Origin: a virus
Virus record (IMG/VR): IMGVR_UViG_3300047470_000295
Location: 1-64,000 of that record
Reading direction: 5' to 3' (one strand)
Length of the DNA: 64,000 bases
Shown here one piece after another: positions 25,144 to 32,920 of this stretch (positions are counted from its first letter, which is position 1; every line of letters begins with the position of its first letter). Below the pieces are notes generated by a model. It was not told the origin of the DNA and ran no database searches. It worked only from the letters and a program-made list of their open reading frames with translations. A program made the translations under genes and the position numbers.

Positions 25144-25167
25144 CCCCGCCCCTCGTGGGCGGGGTTT
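25144..25167. terminator. intrinsic terminator
   Basis: CCCCGCCC-ctcgt-GGGCGGGG followed by TTTAT. Lies between the tRNA-like element and a convergent minus-strand gene. Confidence 0.6.
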
Positions 25168-25168
25168 A

Positions 25169-25357
25169 TCACGCCGCTTCGACGATGTCTCCGCGTTCGG
25201 CGGCCGTCGCCACAGTCCACTCATCGCGCAGCACCTCGTACCGCTGCCGTGTCTCCCCGTACAGCCAGCCGCCAGCACCGGCGACCAGGGCGCGGATCTC
25301 CTCATTCACCACGTCGGCAGGCCGCGCGGAACCCGGGAGCGGGGGAGGGGAGGACAT
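25169..25357 (-). CDS. small hypothetical protein
   Basis: 62 aa, downstream of and on the same strand as the GntR-like gene. Confidence 0.4.
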   Translation of the reverse strand: MSSPPPLPGSARPADVVNEEIRALVAGAGGWLYGETRQRYEVLRDEWTVATAAERGDIVEAA

Positions 25358-25390
25358 AGATCAAAGCGTAGCCGCCGGGTGTGACAGCGG

Positions 25391-25654
25391 TCAGCCCTCG
25401 ACGCGAGGCCGGCTGACGAACGATCCCAGGCCGGGCTCCGTGTAGATGAGCCCCTCGTCCCGCAGCCCGCGGTGGACCTTCTGTGCGGTGGCCTGGGCGA
25501 TGCCGAACTCGGTCGCCAGCTGGATCACCGAGGGGACACGAGTGCGCGGCGGGTACGTGCCATCCGCGATCCGTTCCCGGATCACGTCCGCCACCTGCTT
25601 CCACCTGGGCACATCCGCCTCGAATTCGATCACACGGTCAACGTGACACGCCAT
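25391..25654 (-). CDS. short GntR-family winged-helix regulator (DNA-binding domain only)
   Basis: KQVADVIRERIADGTYPPRTRVPSVIQLATEFGIAQATAQKVHRGLRDEGLIYTEPGLGSFV is a typical GntR N-terminal domain. Alternative start at 25678. Confidence 0.6.
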   Translation of the reverse strand: MACHVDRVIEFEADVPRWKQVADVIRERIADGTYPPRTRVPSVIQLATEFGIAQATAQKVHRGLRDEGLIYTEPGLGSFVSRPRVEG

Positions 25655-25689
25655 CCCATGCCACGCGAGATGTCGCATACGTGGTACGC

Positions 25690-25703
25690 CATAGCATGCT
25701 ATG
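25690..25703. promoter_or_regulatory. perfect 14-bp palindrome CATAGCATGCTATG (candidate GntR operator)
   Basis: Located in the divergent region between the GntR-like gene and the 25820 gene. Confidence 0.4.
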
Positions 25704-25819
25704 TCTAAGCTGCTGAAACAGCCCCGCCATGCACGGCCGGGGAACCATCCGGCAAGCGGAGCGTCAACGTGGACGAGCGTAGAGACCCCGAACCCCCCGA
25801 GGGAAGGCGACGTGCGGCC

Positions 25820-25999
25820 ATGGGCGTTGGCAAGCTCACCCCATTACAGGAGGCGTGGAGTCGGTACGTCACCCACTGCCGAGACTGCGCGACCTGTAAG
25901 GACGTCGACGCCGGCCGCTGCTCGACCGCTGAGGGGCTGTGGCGGTCATGGAATCTGCTGGGCGACCACGCTTGCCGGCAGATGCGCCGCGGCGCGTGA
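25820..25999 (+). CDS. small Cys-rich hypothetical protein
   Basis: 59 aa from the ATG at 25820 (MGVGKLTPLQEAWSRYVTHCRDCATCKDVDAGRC...). Confidence 0.35.
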   Translation: MGVGKLTPLQEAWSRYVTHCRDCATCKDVDAGRCSTAEGLWRSWNLLGDHACRQMRRGA

Positions 26000-26193
26000 A
26001 CGCGTACTGAACGGTTGGTCAACTGTCGAGTAAGCGACAGTTAACCGATACCAGTCCAGAAAAGTCCTGGCCAGAGGATGCGCAATCGGTTACGGGCACC
26101 GGCGGTATACGCCAATGTTGCTCAGATAAATGCACCCAACACTCTTGTTTCCGACCCTGTGGACATGGTCTTCTCTTGACGAAGATTCAGCAT

Positions 26194-26430
26194 TCAACGG
26201 AGGAGGTCGGTGACGTGCACGCCGAGGACCCAGGCGATTCGATGCAGGGAGCCGATGCGCGCGTCGGTCTTGCCTGCCTCGATGTCCTGGTAGGCGGAGC
26301 GCGACAGGCCGGCCGCGAGGAAGACACTCTCCTGGGTCATGTTCTCGTGGAGGCGTCGGACGCGGATGCGGTCGCCGATGGCGCGGCGCTCTTGGAGCAG
26401 CCAGCTGTCGTCATCGGGCAGGCGGGGCAC
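26194..26430 (-). CDS. XRE-family HTH regulator
   Basis: 78 aa. GDRIRVRRLHENMTQESVFLAAGLSRSAYQDIEAGKTDARIGSLHRIAWVLGV is a classic Cro/C1-type HTH. Confidence 0.6.
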   Translation of the reverse strand: MPRLPDDDSWLLQERRAIGDRIRVRRLHENMTQESVFLAAGLSRSAYQDIEAGKTDARIGSLHRIAWVLGVHVTDLLR

Positions 26431-26580
26431 GTGACAAACGCTCTGCCGAAGATGATCATAAGTCAGCCCGGTTTACCGGGCAATAATCGATCTTGAAACG
26501 CGCCACTCGGTGGCCCGTAGCCGCAGCCCTCGATCCTGCGCCATGGATTTCGCCGCAGGGGTGGCTGTAGTGTGCAAGAT

Positions 26581-26596
26581 TCGAACGCCCGTTCGC
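26581..26596. promoter_or_regulatory. near-consensus actinobacterial SOS box TCGAAC-GCCC-GTTCGC
   Basis: 11 of 12 positions match TCGAAC-N4-GTTCGA. Lies about 150 bp upstream of the XRE gene on the minus strand, in a lower-GC stretch with no convincing ORF. Confidence 0.4.
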
Positions 26597-26860
26597 TCGA
26601 TCGAGTGAATCAAGGCATCGACCTGCATCCTTCCGGCAAGGAGACAGGTCGAGGGATGCAGACGTGCCGGTGGGCTCACTTCTGGGCGCCCTCCGTTGTG
26701 GTCCATCGGCGCGAGCCCGCCCCCAGTTGCGGCTGGGGGCGGGCGTTCGCATCTTGGGAGACGAACTGGGAGATGATCATGCCGACGCAACCCGGGTGTA
26801 CACCCATAGAACCCGGCGCAACACCGGCCGGAAAGCCCTGAACACGGGGTTAGCGGGCCA

Positions 26861-26971
26861 TCAGCCCAGCGCATGCACCGCGACGCCGCGATCTACACGA
26901 TCTTCGAGGGCACCAGCGAGATCCAGCGTCTGGTGATCGCCCGGACGCTGTCGGGCATGCCGATCCGCTAG
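26861..26971 (+). pseudogene. 3'-terminal fragment (36 codons plus stop) of an acyl-CoA dehydrogenase gene; probable attP/att core region
   Basis: Translation is SAQRMHRDAAIYTIFEGTSEIQRLVIARTLSGMPIR*. IYEGTxEIQRLVIAR is the conserved ACAD C-terminus, and no ACAD-like sequence lies upstream in this frame. Confidence 0.6.
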
Positions 26972-27011
26972 GCGGATCTCGGCAGTAGGACGCGCATAGA
27001 TCGACCGCGAA

Positions 27012-27048
27012 AGAAGACCCCCTTCCGCCGTCCGGAAGGGGGTCTTCT
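27012..27048. terminator. strong intrinsic terminator hairpin (16-bp perfect stem)
   Basis: AGAAGACCCCCTTCCG-ccgtc-CGGAAGGGGGTCTTCT followed by GTTGTG. Lies between the ACAD fragment and the convergent integrase stop. Confidence 0.7.
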
Positions 27049-27066
27049 GTTGTGCCGTCTGGAGGG

Positions 27067-28359
27067 TCAATCCTCGTTTGGGAGACGTTTGGGAGATCGT
27101 TTACGCCTGGGGGCCGTGTGCTCGGGAAAGGGGCCCAACTCGCGGCGGTCCACGACGACCTTCAGCGAGTCCTCCCACAACCTCTGGAGGTACTCAGCGA
27201 TCGCCATCTCCATCGCCAACGTCACGTGCGAGTACGTGCCTTCGACGCCCTGGAGCACATGCCCCATCCGCGCCTCGACAGCAACCCTAGGGTGATTCCC
27301 CTCGTCAAGCCAGACCTTCTGCGAGTGCCGAAGCCCGTGCGGCGTGAGGCCCTCGACGCCCAGGACCGGCGGGACACCGACCCGCGCCTTCGCCCCGCGC
27401 ACAACCCCCCGCGGTGCACGGCCCGACACGATGGGCTGCCACGTCTCCGCGTACCAGTCGCCACCCCGCAGCAGGCGCCCACCCTTGGGGGCGGTGAACA
27501 CCCACTCGCCATCCGGCCGCGAGTCGATCAGCTGTTGCAGGAGTTCCGCCAAGAAGGCGGGAAGGATGAGCCCGCGGCCCGAGTCGTACTTGTTGTCGAT
27601 CTCCGTGAACACGCCACCCACGTACTGACTCTGCTGCACCGAGTGGAGGCGCGGGCCCATGCCGGCGTCCTTCAGTTCCAACTGGTCGCGGTGCACGCCG
27701 GCGAGCTCGCCGATGCGCAGGCCGGTGTACGCGGAGGCCAGGACGATGGCGTACTCGTTGAGACCGCGCATCTGGAGCGCGTTGCGCGCGATGTGGAGTA
27801 CCTGCCGTGGGGTGGCGATGGTCTTCTCGTCCTTCGGCTTCGGCTTGAACTTGCCGCGCCGGCCGCTCTTGCGGGTCGCTACGGGATTGTCGCCGCGCAG
27901 CCGTTCCGCGACGGCGTCATCGAGCATGGTGCGGAAGACGCTCATGACGGCGTCGGCATAGTTCTTCGAGATCCGCTGCCGCAGACCCTTCTCCCAGGTG
28001 GTGATCGCAGTGGGGGATAGATCACCAACGGCCGTCTGGCCCCACTCGGGGAGGATCTGATTCTTCAGCCGCAGCCGGTACTCCTTCTCGCTGAGCGGCC
28101 CGACATCGATGGACTCAAGCCATCGCTCGGACCACTGCCCAACCGTCGTGCGCCCGTCGCGCGGGTTGAAGAACTGCTGCCTGCGAACGTCGACTTCGAG
28201 GCCGTGGGCGTAGTCCTTCGCCGAGCGCAGCGTGTAGAACGGCTGACCGTTCTCATCCTTGGAGACCGATCCCCACTCGCCGTTGGGGAGCTTGTACCGA
28301 CCGCGGTACCGCCACTTACGTGCGCGCTTGTCGTAGCCGCGCTTCTCTGCGTGGGCCAT
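27067..28359 (-). CDS. int: tyrosine integrase
   Basis: 430 aa. C-terminal catalytic region LTPHGLRHSQKVWLDEG...ARMGHVLQGVEGTYSHV (H-x-x-R, H, Y), an upstream Arg in TGLRIGELAG, and an N-terminal SAM-like domain. Confidence 0.9.
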   Translation of the reverse strand: MAHAEKRGYDKRARKWRYRGRYKLPNGEWGSVSKDENGQPFYTLRSAKDYAHGLEVDVRRQQFFNPRDGRTTVGQWSERWLESIDVGPLSEKEYRLRLKNQILPEWGQTAVGDLSPTAITTWEKGLRQRISKNYADAVMSVFRTMLDDAVAERLRGDNPVATRKSGRRGKFKPKPKDEKTIATPRQVLHIARNALQMRGLNEYAIVLASAYTGLRIGELAGVHRDQLELKDAGMGPRLHSVQQSQYVGGVFTEIDNKYDSGRGLILPAFLAELLQQLIDSRPDGEWVFTAPKGGRLLRGGDWYAETWQPIVSGRAPRGVVRGAKARVGVPPVLGVEGLTPHGLRHSQKVWLDEGNHPRVAVEARMGHVLQGVEGTYSHVTLAMEMAIAEYLQRLWEDSLKVVVDRRELGPFPEHTAPRRKRSPKRLPNED

Positions 28360-28385
28360 GAGCTGCCTCAGGGGGGAGTGAGCTG

Positions 28386-28604
28386 TCAGCCGGTGACGGC
28401 GTGGAGTGCTCTGCGGACAGTGGACTCATCGAGTCGACGCCAGCCGTCCTGAACGGAGTTGAGGATCGCCTGCAGAGCGCGGGCGCCCTTCTCCTGGATC
28501 AGACCGTCGTCGACGTACACGTTGAATTGTCCGTCGTCACAGTCCTCGACCCAGACCTGAACGGCGTATGGCATTCCCGGAACTGACAGAACCCGCACTG
28601 ACAT
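28386..28604 (-). CDS. small hypothetical protein between repressor and integrase
   Basis: 72 aa from the ATG at 28604 (MSVRVLSVPGMPYAVQVWVEDCDDGQFNVYVDDG...), on the same strand as the repressor and int. Confidence 0.45.
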   Translation of the reverse strand: MSVRVLSVPGMPYAVQVWVEDCDDGQFNVYVDDGLIQEKGARALQAILNSVQDGWRRLDESTVRRALHAVTG

Positions 28605-28708
28605 AGGTCCCCCAAGACCACTGCGGGCGCCCCCCATTGTGGTTGGCCTATGACATCACACGCACCAGCGTTACAGGGAGGGGACTGCAACAATCTGTGT
28701 GAAGGAAG

Positions 28709-29269
28709 TTACGAGCTGTGCGCGGCCGGCGGTTCGTCGCTCACGTCCACGTCGTCAGGCAGACGGTGCAGCTTGCGCTCGGTGCGCCGCCAGGCGAGCA
28801 GTGCTTCCTGAATCTCGGCGGGGGTCGCGTCGGGCCGGCCGTGAACCACGATGGTCATGCGCGCACCGCCCGTGCCGGGGAGTTGGATCACCTGTGAGTC
28901 GATGAGGGGGTCGTCGCTCTCCAGCTCGTCGACCACTCGCAGCGGCAGCTTCCGCCGGAGTACTTCGTCGGTTCGACGGACGGTCGACGCCGAGGAGCTC
29001 TCGGTCACGAGGGTCGGTTCGCCGCCGGTGAGCACGGTCGGGCCGGATCCTGTCGCCCATCCGAGGTGCGGCTCGATCTTCGCGAGGGTCTGCGGCATCC
29101 GGCTACGCGGTTTGCCGCTCTCAAGGTTCTGGACGCTGCCCTCGCTGACGCCTGCAAGTTCCGCCAGTTGGGGTTGCGTGAGGCCGCGCGCTTCGCGGGC
29201 TGTGCGAATTGCGGTAGCGAGCTTCGCCCACTGCAGGTTGGTCCGGTCCTCCGCCATGCGGCTCATCAT
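28709..29269 (-). CDS. CI-like immunity repressor (XRE HTH with a C-terminal domain of unknown type)
   Basis: HTH REARGLTQPQLAELAGVSEGSVQNLESGK. Divergent from a Cro-like gene, and no obvious S24 peptidase motif. Confidence 0.65.
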   Translation of the reverse strand: MMSRMAEDRTNLQWAKLATAIRTAREARGLTQPQLAELAGVSEGSVQNLESGKPRSRMPQTLAKIEPHLGWATGSGPTVLTGGEPTLVTESSSASTVRRTDEVLRRKLPLRVVDELESDDPLIDSQVIQLPGTGGARMTIVVHGRPDATPAEIQEALLAWRRTERKLHRLPDDVDVSDEPPAAHSS

Positions 29270-29547
29270 GCCGCACGGATAGGCAACACGCACCTAGCGG
29301 ATCCCCTAATTGACCAGGATTGATCGGTCTTAGGGGAGCTTTTTTGTTGCTTCGTTAGCGCCTCGTTGCGCTTGCGCCCCGTGTGCACGCCTACGCGCGC
29401 CGTGTAGCTATGGCCAGCGATCTCGGCCCTCGCGCCAGACGTACACCCAAGGAACACTGATTAACACCCAACGAACCCGGTGCAATCCCTTGCCGTTGTC
29501 GCGTCGTTAGGGCTACGTTGTGTCTCGTGAGACCGAACGGAGCCGCA

Positions 29548-29808
29548 ATGAAGGCCATCCGCGAGGCACGGGGGATCAGCCTTCGCCGGCTCGCGAAAGA
29601 CATCGGCAGAGATCCGGGCTTCCTGTCCCGCGTCGAGGACGACAAGCAGGGAGCAGGACCCGGAACCCTCCACCTCTATGCCAGCTACCTGGACGTGCCT
29701 CTGGCCGCCATTACCCACAAGGAGATACCCCGTGACCAGGAACGACCTGGCTCCCCCCACGGAGACGACGCTGATCCTCCGCCTGACGGAGATCAAGGAA
29801 GCTGTTGA
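29548..29808 (+). CDS. Cro-like XRE HTH protein
   Basis: MKAIREARGISLRRLAKDIGRDPGFLSRVEDDKQ..., ATG after GGAG. Its 3' end overlaps the next ORF by 77 nt, so the real stop or function of the tail is uncertain. Confidence 0.5.
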   Translation: MKAIREARGISLRRLAKDIGRDPGFLSRVEDDKQGAGPGTLHLYASYLDVPLAAITHKEIPRDQERPGSPHGDDADPPPDGDQGSC

Positions 29809-30055
29809 GCGTCTCGCCGCGGCCCCCACTGCCGCCGAGCTGGAACTCACCGCGTTCACGCCGGCCAAGGCCGCCGAGCTCCTCGGCAAGACCGAGAACT
29901 GGGTCATCGAGGCCATCCAGAACGGCCGGATCCCCCACACCTACGTCGGCAAGTCGCCGCGCATGACCGCCGCCCACATCCGCTGGGTTCAGGCGAGCGG
30001 CGAGCGAGTGCCGAACCAGTACGCCAAGCCGCTCGCCGCCAGCGCCGCCGCCTGA
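29732..30055 (+). CDS. excisionase-like HTH (MerR/Xis type) protein
   Basis: GTG after AGGAGA. The motif FTPAKAAELLGKTENWVIEAIQNGRIPHTYVGKSPRMTAAHIRWV is typical of actinophage excisionase/HTH_17 proteins. Confidence 0.55.
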   Translation: MTRNDLAPPTETTLILRLTEIKEAVERLAAAPTAAELELTAFTPAKAAELLGKTENWVIEAIQNGRIPHTYVGKSPRMTAAHIRWVQASGERVPNQYAKPLAASAAA

Positions 30056-30157
30056 CGGCAAAAGCCCCAACCGTCGGAGTGCGATCCGACAGCCGGGGCT
30101 CTGCGGCCCAAGAGCCGCTGATCCACCCCTCACCACTCAGAGAGAAGAGGCAGACCG

Positions 30158-30895
30158 TTGCCTGACATCGTCTCATCCGCCCCCGAAGTCACAGACGACG
30201 ACCGGTTCTGGATCAAGAATCGCGCCGAGTTTCTCGCCCGGAAGAGCACCGTCGCCGACCCGAACGCTTGCGGTACCTGCCGCGGCAACGTGGCTGCCGG
30301 CGAGCCTGTCGAGCATGAAGGCTGTGCACAGCGCGCCACTCTGCTCCACGCACCGGACCACCCGTACTACGAGATCCTCGCCGGCTTCTCCCTGGAGGAG
30401 AACGAGAAGCTCCCGCCCCGCTTCCACGTCCCGGTGTTCGACGACTGCGGCATGCCGAACTCGTGGCTGTGCGCGGTGTGCTGGGAGGAGGGCACGGTCG
30501 TCGGCTGGCCGTGCGCCACCGCCACCAAGTACGGCACCCAGGTCTTCACGTCGCTGCATGCGGCGGAGACGGCGCAGGAGAAGCAGACGGCCGAGTTGGA
30601 GTGGCTGAGGGCAGAGAATGCCCGCCTTCGTCTCGCCTGGCAGTCGGCTCGCGAGCGGGCGCAGTCTCACGGTGAGACCGTCCTCCGGGTCGTCAACGAC
30701 CGCGAGGCGTACCAGGGCTGGCTGAAGCAGGAGCAGACCTACACCCAGCACCTGCAGGCCCGCATCGCCGAGCTCTCAGCGGCTGCCCCCGTGCAGCAGC
30801 ACTACGACAAGGTGCCGGACCCGCTGGACGGATGCCACTGGTGCGCGTGCGGCAACCGCTGGCCCTGCAAGGACGCCCCGGCGGTGACGGCATGA
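30158..30895 (+). CDS. hypothetical protein with Cys clusters and central coiled coil
   Basis: 245 aa, good coding frame. Confidence 0.45.
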   Translation: MPDIVSSAPEVTDDDRFWIKNRAEFLARKSTVADPNACGTCRGNVAAGEPVEHEGCAQRATLLHAPDHPYYEILAGFSLEENEKLPPRFHVPVFDDCGMPNSWLCAVCWEEGTVVGWPCATATKYGTQVFTSLHAAETAQEKQTAELEWLRAENARLRLAWQSARERAQSHGETVLRVVNDREAYQGWLKQEQTYTQHLQARIAELSAAAPVQQHYDKVPDPLDGCHWCACGNRWPCKDAPAVTA

Positions 30896-31038
30896 GCGCC
30901 TGTGGTTGGAACCCCGTCGATGCCACGACGGACTGCGACTGGGACGCCAACTGCCCAGTGCACGGCGCCGAGCCGGACCTGGACACCACGGTCGCCGCGA
31001 TGGGCGCCCTGCCGATGCCGACGGGAGACGCGTCATGA
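30892..31038 (+). CDS. small hypothetical protein
   Basis: 48 aa, ATGA overlap with the upstream gene. Confidence 0.3.
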   Translation: MSACGWNPVDATTDCDWDANCPVHGAEPDLDTTVAAMGALPMPTGDAS

Positions 31039-31346
31039 CCTTCACCCCGAGGGCCTTCCAGACCGTGCCTCCGCGTATCGAGCAGGCGGACGTGCCGCTG
31101 GCGACGCTGCAGCAGCAGGTCGCCGCGATCGTCACCGGCCAGCGCAACGCGCAGCTCCTCGCCGAGGCCGCCGACCGCACCGCATCCCCGTCGGACCGCA
31201 TCGCCTACCAGCTGGACGCCTGGCTGGTCCGGCACCCCAACGCACCGGTCGCGCAGGTCGCCGACTACCCCGCCTGGGCGGCCGAGATGACCGCCCGCGA
31301 GAACGCCAACCGTGAAGCCCGCACCGCCCGCAAGGAGACGCTGTGA
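31035..31346 (+). CDS. hypothetical protein
   Basis: 103 aa, ATGA overlap with the upstream gene. Confidence 0.4.
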   Translation: MTFTPRAFQTVPPRIEQADVPLATLQQQVAAIVTGQRNAQLLAEAADRTASPSDRIAYQLDAWLVRHPNAPVAQVADYPAWAAEMTARENANREARTARKETL

Positions 31347-31561
31347 ACGAGCTCGACATGGATTCCGGCCTGGCCGCGGTCATCGACTACGTGCGTGAAG
31401 TCCACGCCCCGATCTCCCAGGCGATCACCGACGGCGGACCCGTCACCGCCACGGACTGCGCGCTCCTGTCCGGCGCCATCGACGCCCTGCTCGACGCGAT
31501 CGATGCCCGCCTTCCGCAGCCCGCCGCGCAGCCGGCCGTGGCGCTGAAGGCGGTGGCCTGA
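31343..31561 (+). CDS. hypothetical protein
   Basis: 72 aa, GTGA overlap with the upstream gene. Confidence 0.4.
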   Translation: MNELDMDSGLAAVIDYVREVHAPISQAITDGGPVTATDCALLSGAIDALLDAIDARLPQPAAQPAVALKAVA

Positions 31562-31562
31562 C

Positions 31563-31763
31563 ATGGCGGACACGATCGAGGCCCGCCCGCTGGCCGACCT
31601 GGAGATGGACTCGATCCTCGCCGTCGAGGCCGCCTGGCAGCACCGCTCACACGGGCTGAAGCCGTGGACCACCGAGGAGTACCTCAACGAGGTCGCCAAG
31701 GTCCACGCCCGCTACACGGTCCGCCGCGAATGGCTGCGCCGGCACCCGCAGGGGGTGGCGTAG
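31563..31763 (+). CDS. hypothetical protein
   Basis: 66 aa, tightly packed in the early operon. Confidence 0.4.
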   Translation: MADTIEARPLADLEMDSILAVEAAWQHRSHGLKPWTTEEYLNEVAKVHARYTVRREWLRRHPQGVA

Positions 31764-32066
31764 ATGGTGACGCTGTCCGTGACCCGTTCCCGTGTCGCCG
31801 CCGTCCTCCGGGACACCGCGGACCTGCTGGAGGCGGAGGGCTGGGACCCGCGCATAAACCCGGTCGTGTCCGCGATCGACCGGGCCGCCGGCTACGTGCC
31901 GGGCAAGGGCTCCGCGGATGGGGAGCAGACGACGCTCGAAGCGTGGGACGCGCTCGTCACCTACCTCGGCAACCAGCTCGTCGTCCCCTGGGAGAACGAC
32001 CCGAACCGCACGCAGGTACAGGTGCTCCACGCGCTGCGTAGCGCCGCGAAGGCGGTGGCCGCGTGA
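31764..32066 (+). CDS. hypothetical protein
   Basis: 100 aa, starts immediately after the upstream stop. Confidence 0.4.
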   Translation: MVTLSVTRSRVAAVLRDTADLLEAEGWDPRINPVVSAIDRAAGYVPGKGSADGEQTTLEAWDALVTYLGNQLVVPWENDPNRTQVQVLHALRSAAKAVAA

Positions 32067-32302
32067 ACGCCGAACTCTCCCAGGACGCCCTGACGGTCGG
32101 GCTCGTCGACGAGGCGGAGCACCGCCGGGCCGCGGTCCGGGTCGCCGACCAGATCGGCCGCGAGCACCCCGACCCGCGCGACGACCTGATGCCGAAGCTC
32201 GTCGGCCGGGAGCTCGCCCACGACCCGGTCATCGCGGCGGGCGTGCTCAAACTCCTCGACCAGCTCGGCCTCAAGCCGCAGCACATCCGGAGGCGGAAGT
32301 GA
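32063..32302 (+). CDS. hypothetical protein
   Basis: 79 aa, GTGA overlap with the upstream gene. Confidence 0.4.
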   Translation: MNAELSQDALTVGLVDEAEHRRAAVRVADQIGREHPDPRDDLMPKLVGRELAHDPVIAAGVLKLLDQLGLKPQHIRRRK

Positions 32303-32394
32303 CCGGCTGGGCCGTCCTCGCCGCCTACGGATTCCTCGCCTGCTTCGGCACCCGCATCAGCAACCAGATCACCTACAAGGGGGACCAGAAATGA
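32299..32394 (+). CDS. very small membrane peptide
   Basis: 31 aa (VTGWAVLAAYGFLACFGTRISN...), GTGA overlaps on both sides. Confidence 0.25.
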   Translation: MTGWAVLAAYGFLACFGTRISNQITYKGDQK

Positions 32395-32564
32395 CCGAGC
32401 CGATCCGCGTCGACATGGGAGCCGAGGACAACAACTTCGGCGAGAAGCTGATGGAAGCCCTGCTCACCGGCCGACCGCTCGTCATGTTCGAGAGCGGCCG
32501 GCCCGAGCTCGGTGAAGTCGGCATGGGCATGGAGATCACGAACGTCGAGGGCGAGGCGTCGTGA
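32391..32564 (+). CDS. small hypothetical protein (below the track cutoff)
   Basis: 57 aa hand-translated (MTEPIRVDMGAEDNNFGEKLMEALLTGRPLVMFESGRPELGEVGMGMEITNVEGEAS). ATGA and GTGA overlaps link it to both neighbours. Confidence 0.35.
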   Translation: MTEPIRVDMGAEDNNFGEKLMEALLTGRPLVMFESGRPELGEVGMGMEITNVEGEAS

Positions 32565-32920
32565 CTGCCGCTGACGGCAACGAGGTTGCCGAACTCCTCG
32601 CCAAGGCCGAAGCCCACCTGAATCGGGTCGGCCACCACAAGGGCTACCTGTACGACGAGGACCGCGCCGACAACGGCGACGACCTCGCGGAGATCCCCGT
32701 CTGCTCCGTCGGCGCCGTTCTCGCCGCGGCCTACGGGCGGCCCCGCTACCCGTCCCTGTACGCGGAGCGCAGTGACGTCGTCGACGCGGCGATCACTGCT
32801 CTGGCGGCGACGGTCGGCGAGCCGATCCATGTGTGGAACGACGCGAAGGGCCGGCAGAAGCGGCAGGTGCTGAAGGTCTTCCGCGACACCGCGGCCGGCC
32901 TGAAGGCGGTCGCCGTATGA
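32561..32920 (+). CDS. hypothetical protein
   Basis: 119 aa, coding frame in the early operon. Confidence 0.4.
   Translation: MTAADGNEVAELLAKAEAHLNRVGHHKGYLYDEDRADNGDDLAEIPVCSVGAVLAAAYGRPRYPSLYAERSDVVDAAITALAATVGEPIHVWNDAKGRQKRQVLKVFRDTAAGLKAVAV

Noticed and set aside
26560-26600. AAGATTCGAAC string that looked like a minus-strand tRNA T-loop
   Set aside because: The flanks cannot form a T stem or any cloverleaf. The sequence fits an SOS box (TCGAAC-N4-GTTCGC) better.
26431-26660. Possible HigB/RelE-type toxin upstream of the XRE gene (HigBA-like layout)
   Set aside because: Only short, low-quality ORFs lie here (a 51-codon tail of the 26473..26874 ORF and the 26456..26752 ORF). None has RelE/HigB motifs, so the region looks decayed or non-coding.
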